A DNA stretch of 64,000 nt. Origin: Eutreptiella sp. 'Long Island Sound 2002' (lineage: Eukaryota > Protista > Euglenida). Location of the stretch: assembly GCA_964036045.1 (NCBI GenBank), contig OZ038378.1:183706001-183770000 (forward strand). Direction: 5' to 3'. Below, piece after piece: positions 25,801 through 37,800 of this stretch. The notes under the pieces are model-generated. The model did no database searches. It worked only from the letters and a program-made list of their open reading frames with translations, and was not told the origin of the DNA. Each line of letters begins with the position of its first letter. The stretch's first letter is position 1. Made by a program: the position numbers and the translations under genes.

Positions 25801-28800
25801 AGAACATGGAAAGGTGGCGTTTCGGGTGTCGGCCTCTTTCTCGCAAATCGGCGCAATGTGCATGGCGATGTACAAACCCACATACATACAGACACATCGC
25901 GAAAATGAATTTCAGGTTCCTCACAGAGTTGCGGTGCTGACAGAAAGACAATTGAGCTGAACTCCCGAAATACAATGAACGTCGTTTTTATTAAAAAGTC
26001 GGCATGGCAGAAGGCAAGTTCAGCGTTTGCGTGCAAACCACTACAATATTTCCTTGCGTAATCAAACCCGTCAGACCTTCGGTGGCCTATTTGCGCGTTG
26101 CTCAATGAACTAAGTGGAGTGCCGCGTGCCCTGTGCGTGCACGGGCGCTCTGTTGGGCGGATCGGTAGGGGTCAAGAGTCCCTGACTAAAGCAAGAGTTC
26201 ATACAAAGAACAATGCAAAGCGCAAAAGTTATTGTTGGGCGTGTCGAGCTTATACGTAACATCAGCCAATTGGCGTGCCATGGGTCCATCGGGTACCACG
26301 ATGCACAGAATGCTGTGCAGCCCCACCAGGCCTCGTATATTGAGCTGTTTCACAAGAGAGGGGGAGGGGGGCGTCTGGGTGGGTCTCGTGAGAGGCCGCT
26401 TATTCAAATTTGATTTTTCCTGAGCCAAGGTTTTACTCACGAAATCGTATTTGGGTGGGTGGGTGTCAGGATGGGGGACCCCCACCCCCTCTTGGTTACG
26501 AAGCCTGCGCCCCACCACGGCACAAACTTGTTCGGTGTTGTGATGTGTCCCAAAAACCATTTTGCAGAACGTGTTTCGCAGGACCGCTGCGAAGCTCTTT
26601 GGAAGTCACATGTGTAAAACGTTCTGCGGAATGTGTGTTTTCGAAGGTGCTGCAAGAAAAATATGTGCATTTTGTGTCTGTGGACCAAAAGGCCTTTTGG
26701 GGGGGGGGGGGATTACATAGATACAGACATGTATTGCACTTTCTCATCGTGGGTCCGCTGCCATGGGGGTTGACCCATGGTCGTGTGCAGGTGCTATTGG
26801 CAGCTGTGATGAACTTGGACACTTTTGGATGTGGCAACCGAAATGAGCTCTTGCCTTTAGCTGTCCCCAAGCCTCGATGGGGTTGCACTTTATGGTGCGT
26901 TGGGTCACAAGGCCTCGGCAACCACCATCACTTTTGGTGGTTGAGCTGTTGGGTGATTACCGCTGCAGCCCGTCCCCCTTCGGCCAATGGCACCCCCTCC
27001 CCCTTCCCAGGCCAGCGGCTGACCCCACCCCCCGCCCCGGGGGCTCTGTTGTTTGCATGTGTGAAGGGAAGGGGTATATAGAGCTGCCCAGGGTCTGCGT
27101 GGGTCCATCCATCATGATCATTAGTGCGGTCATGATGACCCTCTTCAAGGCGATCAGTTTCATCTTCAACAAAATGCGCATCAAGCAGACATCGAAGGGC
27201 AGTCCCGCTGGTCATCTCGAGGGTTAACCTGAGGGGCTCTCACAAGGGGCATCATGCGTGCCTGAGAGGCGCCTCCAATGGGACACCGGAGGGGGCTACT
27301 GTACGCCCCTGCCCTCCAGCGGTGGCACTGTGCGCACCGGGCGCACCGCCGGTCTGGCCGATCCTCAGGCGGCTCCTTGAGGCGTTTTGTTGTCCACGGC
27401 GTTGCTGCTCCGTTGTGGTGTCGAGCGGCTTCTTGTGCGTGTGTGTGCGCGGGGGGGGGGGGGGGATATTGCGCTTAAAGGGGAGGGAGGTCGGAGGATG
27501 ATTTCCAGAGCTGAAAAGCGGTTGCTGGTGGTGGGGGGGGGAGAAGCGGTCGTGGGGCAAGTGCTGGCGGTTACACAACGGTTGGAGGGCAGTTAGCAGC
27601 AGTTGAAAGCAGTTGGAGCGGAACTGACCGCCCCCTTCAAGCGCATCCCTCCCGGGGGGGGGGGGGTCTGTGCATGTGCGCATGCGCGCTGCATGCTAAC
27701 GTAACGTAACGTGCCCTATCTTCCTGCAGGGTACCATTTGTTTGTGACGCCGCGCACTCGCAATCGTGGGGACGGGTTGCTGACCGCCGTGCGGACCGCG
27801 GACTTCGAAATCCTGGACGCGCAGCACATTGAGTTCAGGGACTGTGGGGACCGGGTGGCCCAAATGGTGCACCTCAGGCCCAAAGGCAGTTCTGCCCATC
27901 CGGAGGTCTGCCCCCGAGCCACCACACACGCACAGGCACAGGGGCCAGGCACCCCCGCGGGCCAGAGCGGATTACGGGCGAGGTCGCTCTTGAGCCTGAA
28001 GGGAGGCTGCACGCTCCATGGCCCGCTACACCGCCCCCCTGCCCACCCCCCCCTCCCCCGGCGTCCCCGGTTGCAGTGGTTTAGTGGTTATGTCACGAAA
28101 CTTGCACATCGGTGGTCGTGGGATTGAACCCCCGCTACACTCAAACTGCCTTCCCCATGACCGCAGGTGTCAGAACGGTGACACCCCGTGCGACACTGTG
28201 GTACGTTGGGAACAGGATTGATTTGGGGGATGGTGCGCTCGCTTCTCGGATAAGAACGCCGCTCAGCTCGTTGGGACCTGAGGGGGTTTGGACCCGCGGT
28301 CCATTGCAACTCCGGGGAGGGGGGCCCTTCGAGCCGGTGTGAATTAGGGGAGGGGGGCGTCTGGAAAACAGGCTCGAAGGGCCGGACCTTACTTTTCCCC
28401 ATTGCCAAAAAAAAAGTGGGTGGTGAACCGGATTTGCCAAATTTATGTGTGAAATCACATGTTTCAGCAATTTCAGACGTCGTGCGGTGTTTGTGGTGGG
28501 CCCGGCCCTTGGAGCCTAATTAGAAGGGGGGGGGGGGGTACTGGGAAACAGGCTCAAAGGGCCCCCCTCCCCGGAGTTGCAGTGGGCCGCGGGCCTTGCG
28601 TGGGGGGTGGGGAGGGGGGTGTCTGGCGCCGAAGAAGTGGGGGGACCCTTGTAGCCGCGGAGGTGGAGACGAGGAAGTGGCTAAGGACCAAGTGCTGGGG
28701 ACCTCCGCCTTAGGCCCGGTTGGTTGCGAGACCCATGGCTCCTCCTCCTCCTCTCCTGGCTCTGTGTGGTACATGTGAGGGGGAAGGGAGAGGGCGGGGA

Positions 28801-31800
28801 GGGGGACGCGTGCGCGCCGCACTGGGGGACCTGAACCGCCGATCCCCTCGGCCGTGGTCGGAGGCATTATGAGGTACCTCTCGGACGCGTCCATGGGGTG
28901 CACCGCCATGGGGGGCCCAATGCGACTCAAAAGCAGCACACCCTCTCCCGCCCTCCTGATCCGTTCTGCTTCCTTCGTGGCGCTGTGCATCCCCCGAACC
29001 CCCCACCTCCAAGAAAATCAGGCGACCGCTGAGAACTCTGACCCCCCACGGGACGCGTGAGCGCGCTTCGGAGCCTTGGAGTCCCGAAGACAACGGGGGT
29101 TATGCCGCCCTTTCGAGTGGTCTCCACCTTTCAGACCATCCGTGAGGGGGTCATGGGCTTGGGGGGTCTGCCCAAAGGACATGTCTCGGGTGGTCGGACA
29201 AAACGCTTCAAGATGTGCTTGAAGGCAGTCCTGGCCTCCCGAGTCGTCCCCCCCTGCCGCCCCGGGCCCCGTTCCCTCCGCGTGCCCGTGGGCCTGGGCG
29301 GCGCCGCGCGCTGCCGCCGTGTTCTCGTGGGCCCTGTTGAGGCTTCAAACGAAGGTGCAGAATGGCCAAGTAAGTGTGCCGGTCGGTACGAAGGGGATGG
29401 AGTTTACGGAAGTGACTTGTTTGCACTGCCTGTCCCAGGCCACTGGGGAAACGTAATTTTAGCAGCTGGGGGTGGGACAGTTGTCCCTCTGCTCACAAGT
29501 GCTGCATCTGCCCCAGGATGGATTAGAAGGGAACGGACCTCAGAGGCAGCCCCAGAAGCGGTTAGATAGGCGGTTGGAGGAGGTTGCCAAAGCGGTTTGG
29601 TGGTTGGGGACTATCGGTTATAAATGGCATTGAAGCTGGCGTTTGCCGTGAGGGAGACAGTGGCTGGACATAGGCTGGGCGGCCTCCCCCCGCCCCTTCC
29701 AATGCATCCCTGATCTGTCCCTTGGTGTCCCTCCCACGCCGGCTGATCAGCAATTTTGCGCTGGTAGCAAGCGATAGGCGTGCCGCTTGCATGTCGCGCG
29801 TGCACGCTGCATGCATTGCGGATGCGTGCCTTGCTCAAGTCCCATGTACCCGCGTGCACGCCGCGCGGATATTCTGGGTACGCAGGTTTCCCCGCATCGA
29901 TTAGACGTGCACCCGATGCCGTGACGCGCTCAGACGTGACACGCCTACCGGAAATGCCTCACACAAAGTGAGATCTGTCCAAGACAGTTTGGAGGCGGGC
30001 AAGTTTGAAATGTCGAGTGTTCGTTTGTGATGAGGAAGCGCAGGGCGACGGGCGCCCTCTTCGCAGGCCTTCCTGTGCAGGGGCTAGACCCGGGGCAGCG
30101 GCGTCAGGAGGCTCGAACCAACCCTCTGTGGCGCCCGGTGAGTTTGGGGGATGCTTCGGTGACGGCGCACGTGCGGGTGGCCGTCGTCGTGGGCGGGATG
30201 CTCATCGTGAGGGCCAGCGAGGGCGCGGGGGTCCTGGATGCGCTGGTGGTGGGGGTGTGGGCGTCGCGGCGGGCGTCCCATTTGATCGTGTGCGTGGCGG
30301 TGCGATGCCGGTACCGGAGGGCGTCGCAGTGTGGCCAGGGGTGGCGGTGGAGGTGGCGGTCGGTACCCGTTGCGGTGCACCTGACAGGACAGCCCTGGCA
30401 CGGGCTGCACTTGAGGGAGAGAGAGGCTGAAGGGCGGTCTCAACAGCGGCTACAGCAGCGGTTATCGGCGGTTGGAAAGCGGTTGCACTGGCCGTGCTGG
30501 CGGTTGCACAGCGGTTGGAGGGTACGGGGGTGGGCTTCTGGGGGGGGGGGACAACAACCCCTTCATCCACCGGCCTGGCCATGGCTGTGCTGCATTGCCT
30601 CTTCACACACACGCACACGTACGCACGCACGCACCTGCTCTTCACGTTCCAGTGCTTACTGGTGAACACCCACCTGTTGTTCCCCCACAACGCCAATTCC
30701 ACGTTGATTCGGCTGCGGGAGTGTTTCAAAATCCTGGAGTTCTTGGAGGCGTACATCGGGCGGCAGCGGCTGTCCTGTCTGCCCATTGTGATGTGCGGGG
30801 ACTGGAACGGACCGAAGACCGGACAGGTCTTGCGTGCATCAGAAGGGCCGGGAAGTCCGGAAGGAGGCGCAGTGCCACCATTGTGCACGACTGAATACCG
30901 CTCCTCAGCATGTCATGATGGTGAAGAGGCCTCACCTGCTGGTGCCTTTTCTGTCGAATATTTGGGCCCGGCAGCTGAGCCATTTTGTTGCAGTGTCGAT
31001 GTGCTCATCCTCCAGCCGTGGGGCTGATTTTGCATCCGACCTTTGTTGGCTGCCACCACCACCTTGGGTTTCAAATGCTGTTGTTGGCAAAAGGGGCTGC
31101 ACAGGAACCAAATGGAAACATGACATCAGCAACCGGGTGCCACTACACCTTCATCCAGCATAGTCAGCATATCTTCACACGGCATACACACATTTCTCCC
31201 AACTAGCAGACCCACGCAGCTTGATTTCTGTTGATTTCTTCTTGGAAAATTTTTGGTGTGGTTTTTCCCATGGTAATGAGTGTCTTTGTGTGCTCAAATC
31301 CACTCATAGAAAGGAACAATGAACCCCCTTCTGTATTCAGCAAAACAGACCCACCAAACGGGAGCCCGGTGTTGCAAGTTAGCGATTAGCTGACAGCCAG
31401 TGGCTCGTCAATCCACCAAATAACATTTTTTTCATGTTGTGCGGTGATGGAATCCTGTGCTATCCCATTTTTTCAGGGTGGGGTATCGTGGACAGCCCTG
31501 GGGTACACATGAAGGTCGAAGCTGCTCAAACACTGGTTAGACGTTGTCCGTAGGTTCAGCATAAACCCCATGGGCGTTTGGTCTGCAGGTGGCAAAGTTT
31601 ATGAGGTCGCAAGGATTTGTCTCTGCCTTCGATGAGACCAACCCAAGTGTGCCTCCTGTTATCACATCTTGCAGTGTTGCATGTTGGCTTGGGTTTTGCA
31701 GCTTCGTGACAGTGCGTGTGTGGGCGTGCCTGCGCGTGCGGGTGCGTGGCTGGCTGGGTGGGTGGCTGGGCGTGGGTCGAAGTTGAAGGTGCAGACTGCC

Positions 31801-34800
31801 CCATAAGGAAGGGGTTCTGTAACTGTTGTTGGGCCAATGTGGCAGAGGTGTTGGGGGTAATGCTTATTGTCTCTCACATCGGCAGAGTAAATACAGTCTG
31901 CAACACTCCCCTACTCCTCAGAGGATTTTCGTGGAGCCCTGCTCAGGATGTGAGATGTGTAGAACCCGGTCTGCTGGAGAAACATCTCAGTGCACTTTTT
32001 GAAAGAATGGTACTATTGATTGCTTTGTGGTGTCTGAGAACAGTTATGGTGTGGGGCAAGTATATACCCAAACTAGTGTAAGGCCTGAACCCCCGACACA
32101 CCGCTGCTACAAGAATGAACGCCAGGTTTCGAAGAGGTCTCCTCCACCCAAGCTCATACACCTTTGCAGGAGACAAATCCCATAACACCCCACCCTCCCT
32201 AGCTTAGCAACAACCCCCTTGAAGCAGCCCACCCCCACCGCGTACAGCGATTCATACCCACAATGACCCCCCCCCGATGATTTCTATCCCCTCTTTCTTC
32301 ACATATCGCATACACAATCCAACATAAATGCATTTTCCGTACATGTCTCACAAATCTTGCATCTTCTTTTTGCCTCCTCCGTCACGTGGTCTTGGTGCCC
32401 ATTAAAATCCTTACCATCCCAGACAAGGGGGGAATAACATCCCCGCATTGTGTAGGCGCTCTGTGCTTTTAGGACATAATGCCCAAAGGCGCCCCCGCCT
32501 TCCCATGGCCCCCTAAACAAAGACTTTAAGCGGTGCAAATGTGCAATATCCCTATCTGCCCTCAGGCTAAGACAGCATCTTGTGCTACATCATACATGGG
32601 GTGCTTGGTCTGCCCAAATGGCCGGCTAGTTGCATTGTGCGCACTACGCTCAAGGCGCCCACAAGGGATCCTTAGGCTACCTCCTTTCACCAGTCACCCC
32701 CACAAGGTCCACAGTAAACCGCAGGAAAAATGCACCTTATCATCATTTTGTAGGAATCACTACTGCACTCAAAACTACTGCACTCAAAAACCCACAAACA
32801 CCGTCTACTTACTTTGATAGGCAGCCCCGAAGCTATCATAGAGAACAACATCATGCCACCCCAAATGCATGGCCATCTTGAGCACGTCCAACCCCTGGCA
32901 CAGCCAACCCATGCCAGTTGACAGGAGTTTGATCTGCTTCCTTTGGAGCCTCATTGGCTCAATTAGCTGGGACAACCACTGCAATATGTGCCCCCTTGAA
33001 GATGACTGGCCCGCGTCCCCCTGCTGCTCCGCTCTCTCCTCCTTCTCCATGCCCCCCAACCCTCTGACCCAGACTGCACCCCACCCTAAAAGAACTGACC
33101 CCAAATGATCAGCCAGAGAATGATTTGTCACACATCCAAACCTTCTCGGTCTCCTCCGCAACATCCACATCCCCTACCACCCAAATCTGTCCCCATCCTC
33201 CTGGTCCCTCCAGCCAACATTTCGTATTGGCAGATCCCCTGCCACCCAGACATTTATCCCTTGTACCAGCCGCTGGCGCCCCCTCCATCTCTATCCCAAT
33301 GAGGACCATCGTGAACACCACCACATGCAGCAAGCAAAGCTAGGCGAAAATACTCCAGCCGTCAAGCCCCCAAAGATGCGGCCTGCAAAGATGAAGTGAG
33401 CCTAGCCTGTGCTAGGTCTCCATTCATGAACATGCTTAGGGAATGGCATGGATGTGCCTCCAAGAGACTCAAATTAATGGGTTTGGGACAAGCCAGATGA
33501 ATTCCCTTGAAATCCACGACTTCTTCACAAAACCCCTCCATTTGATATTTGATGGCACCATGTACATCACAGCCAGGGTATATTTGGCACTTGTGGCATT
33601 TTGTGCTACGCCGGAACTTTGTCCCAGTGCAAACCACAAGCATGTGTAAAAAACGCAGTTCAGATTTGCCCCAATTTCAAGGCTGCCGGCTTTTAACCAA
33701 TTAATTTGAGTGCCCACCCATCTCCTTCCCACCAAATTACTCTTTTAGTCTCATGCATGGCACACTTGGACGTGTGCCGCGTTGGACATTTGCCCGTTCA
33801 TTCCTTCAAATTCCCTTGTGCTTGGCTACCAGTATGGAAAAAGGTGAACAGTGTTTGTGTTAGGCCTAAGGGGTCAATGGAGCTGTGACAGAGGTGAGAG
33901 GGATCCTTATTCACAGGAGAAAAATCACTTTGTAGGTGTCATTTTCTCAGCACCAGTGGTCTGAAAATGTGGGTCTCTCCCCACCTGCTACCGTTGCGTC
34001 TCCAAGTTTCAAATGGATGATGAACCAAGTACATCCGTGTCCATTGGGCCTAGAGAGATCTTAGGGGAAGCCTAAACAAATTCATGCATACTGCTCACGT
34101 GTGTTCTTTTCTCTCACTAGCAATGGCCAACACCCACAGCCTTGTGCTTCAAAAGACACTGGCCAACATGAGTTAAGAAATGAACGTCTCACTGTGAGCT
34201 ATGGTTTCAGGGTCTGACACATTCAAATTTCCCATGGCACAATTGGCATTATGCACCTGAAGTGCAAAACCCTAGGCTCACCTACAGATCGTAGCCCCCC
34301 CCCCAGCCTCTTTGTGAATAGGGTTAGGGTAGGGGGTGCATGCCCCCCACCTCTTGCACGCATCATAGCACAGTGCAGTGGCATACTGCGGGCACATTGC
34401 AGCCCCATGGTATAATACCTTACAATGTACTGGTTCTTCACACTTCAGACCCGTCAATGCGTCATCAATGCTCGCATGCATACCCTTAGCCAGGGACTCC
34501 TTGCTGACACCCCTTCTAAAACCGCACGGATTTCAGCTTTCGCTTTTTTCCGATCACAACCTGACTTCTGACTGCAATGCCACAACATACTGTGTCCTGA
34601 AGTGCCCATCTGCCATTAGTCTCTAGTTCCGAGCGTCCAAATCTCTAGCAACACCACACACCCAACCCATCGCATTTGCAGATTGTGACAAGTGGATATC
34701 TCATCTCAACCATCATGGCAAAGTTGTTGGTATTGCCCCTCTGCTGCAACTCTTCCGCATTCTTCTGCTCAGTGTTGAGAAAATTCATGTTTTGCTGCAA

Positions 34801-37800
34801 GCCTCGTGCCAACTGGCACACTGCTTGCCCTGATATGCATTAGGCTGTGCAACAAAAATGCGGCAAGAATCCCAAGGGCTCAGTCAGTGGGAAAATTCTT
34901 TTTCAATGAGATTCAAGACGTTGTATTAAGGTCAATTCATGGTTCACTTGATGACGGAACAGCTGGTTGGACCAGCCCGGATTTCTGGAGTTTTTGCCCC
35001 TCGCTGTGCCTTGTTCGCCAATTTTGATCATCTTGACAGGATCTTCTGCTTTGGAATGTTGACACAAGCCCACTGTTTCATGCCAGCTCTGCTTTTCTAC
35101 AGGGGTCGATTATGTGTGGCTTTTGAACCCAGCATGCCAAAATACTTGTCTGACAGCGGATTGGAGGTACGGCTCACCCCATGTACCTTGTGCACCCCTG
35201 GAAACCACACATCCTCATCGTGGAGGGCTTACGAAATGGCAGGGAGGCGGTGAAGGTATTGGCTTGCGATTTGGGAACCAACACCACTCCAAGGGCCTCG
35301 CCGCTTGTGAAGATGGTAGATGCTGCTGCTCCCACCTCCGCACCAAGGAGGTTGCCAGATCAACGCCCACATGTCTAACCCTCCCTTTTGGGGCCATTTG
35401 CGTGCCTCAGCCCAAGGGGTTCCAAAGTCTCACCCAATGAGTTTTAGGTCGGGACATCCCCCTGGACCCTCTCCACTTGTGGTGTTGGTTCTCAATACCA
35501 GGGAAGTCTGTCGAGCAGAGATTGTGATTAGACGAAATTGAACGCCGTCACATCTTATCGTGTAGGGCTGGACGGAATGAACCGGTGGTACCCTCGGCGG
35601 TGGTTCGGCTCGGCCGGTTAGGTTCCGGTGGTTCGGCTCGGCGGTGGTGTCGGCCGGCCGAATCGGCCAACCGAACCACCGGGCCGTTCCGAGCAGCTCC
35701 CCCCCCAAGCATCCCCAGGTTAGGTTATTTAAGGGGCCACATGCAAGGCGGTACACACAGAACGCGATGCCTACACAAGGCGGTGCAAACAAAAGGCGGC
35801 CTATAGCCACCGCAGGAGTCATGTTATTTAAGGGGCCACATGCAAGGCGGTACACATAGAACGCGGTGCCTACACAAGGCGGTGCAAACAAAAGGCGGCC
35901 GGTGGCCACCGCAGGAGTCATGTTATTTAAGGGGCCACATGCAAGGCGGTACACACAGAACGCGGTGCCTACACAAGGCGGTGCACACAAAAGGCGGTCT
36001 ATAGCCACCGCAGGAGTCATGTTATTTAAGGGGCCACATGCAAGGCGGTACACACAGAACGCGGTGCCTACACAAGGCGGTGCACACAAAAGGCGGCCTG
36101 TGGCCACCGCAGGAGTCATGTTATTTAAGGGGCCACATGCAAGGCGGTACACACAGAACGCGGTGCCTACACAAGGCGGTGCAAACAAAAGGCGGTCTAT
36201 AGCCACCGCAGGAGTCATGTTATTTAAGGGGCCACATGCAAGGCGGTACACACAGAACGCGGTGCCTACACAAGGCGGTGCACACAAAAGGCGGCCTGTG
36301 GCCACCGCAGGAGTCATGTTATTTAAGGGGCCACATGCAAGGCGGTACACACAGAACGCGGTGCCTACACAAGGCGGTGCACACGAAAGGCGGCCTGTGG
36401 CCACCGCAGGAGTCATGTTATTTAAGGGGCCACATGCAAGGCGGTACACACAGAACGCGGTGCCTACACAAGGCGGTGCACACAAAAGGCGGTCTATAGC
36501 CACCGCAGGAGTCATGTTATTTAAGGGGCCACATGCAAGGCGGTACACACAGAACGCGGTGCCTACACAAGGCGGTGCACACAAAAGGCGGCCTGTGGCC
36601 GCCGCAGGAGTCATGTTATTTAAGGGGCCACATGCAAGGCGGTACACACAGAACGCGGTGCCTACACAAGGCGGTGCAAACAAAAGGCGGCCGGTGGCCA
36701 CCGCAGGAGTCATGTTATTTAAGGGGCCACATGCAAGGCGGTACACACAGAACGCGGTGCCTACACAAGGCGGTGCACACAAAAGGCGGTCTATAGCCAC
36801 CGCAGGAGTCATGTTATTTAAGGGGCCACATGCAAGGCGGTACACACAGAACGCGGTGCCTACACAAGGCGGTGCACACAAAAGGCGGCCTGTGGCCACC
36901 GCAGGAGTCATGTTATTTAAGGGGCCACATGCAAGGCGGTACACACAGAACGCGGTGCCTACACAAGGCGGTGCAAACAAAAGGCGGTCTATAGCCACCG
37001 CAGGAGTCATGTTATTTAAGGGGCCACATGCAAGGCGGTACACACAGAACGCGGTGCCTACACAAGGCGGTGCACACAAAAGGCGGCCTGTGGCCACCGC
37101 AGGAGTCATGTTATTTAAGGGGCCACATGCAAGGCGGTACACACAGAACGCGGTGCCTACACAAGGCGGTGCACACGAAAGGCGGCCTGTGGCCACCGCA
37201 GGAGTCATGTTATTTAAGGGGCCACATGCAAGGCGGTACACACAGAACGCGGTGCCTACACAAGGCGGTGCACACAAAAGGCGGTCTATAGCCACCGCAG
37301 GAGTCATGTTATTTAAGGGGCCACATGCAAGGCGGTACACACAGAACGCGGTGCCTACACAAGGCGGTGCACACAAAAGGCGGCCTGTGGCCGCCGCAGG
37401 AGTCATGTTATTTAAGGGGCCACATGCAAGGCGGTACACACAGAACGCGGTGCCTACACAAGGCGGTGCAAACAAAAGGCGGTCTATAGCCACCGCAGGA
37501 GTCATGTTATTTAAGGGGCCACAGGCAAGGCGGTACACACAGAACGCAGTGCCTACACAAGGCGGTGCACACAAAAGGCGGCCTGTGGCCACCGCAGGAG
37601 TCATGTTATTTAAGGGGCCACATGCAAGGCGGTACACACAGAACGCGGTGCCTACACAAGGCGGTGCACACAAAAGGCGGCCTGTGGCCACCGCAGGAGT
37701 CATGTTATTTAAGGGGCCACATGCAAGGCGGTACACACAGAACGCGGTGCCTACACAAGGCGGTGCAAACAAAAGGCGGTCTATAGCCACCGCAGGAGTC

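Noticed and set aside
28700-30400. Many overlapping GC-rich ORFs on both strands
   Set aside because: They are expected from high GC content, lie inside intron 6 and show no domain motifs.
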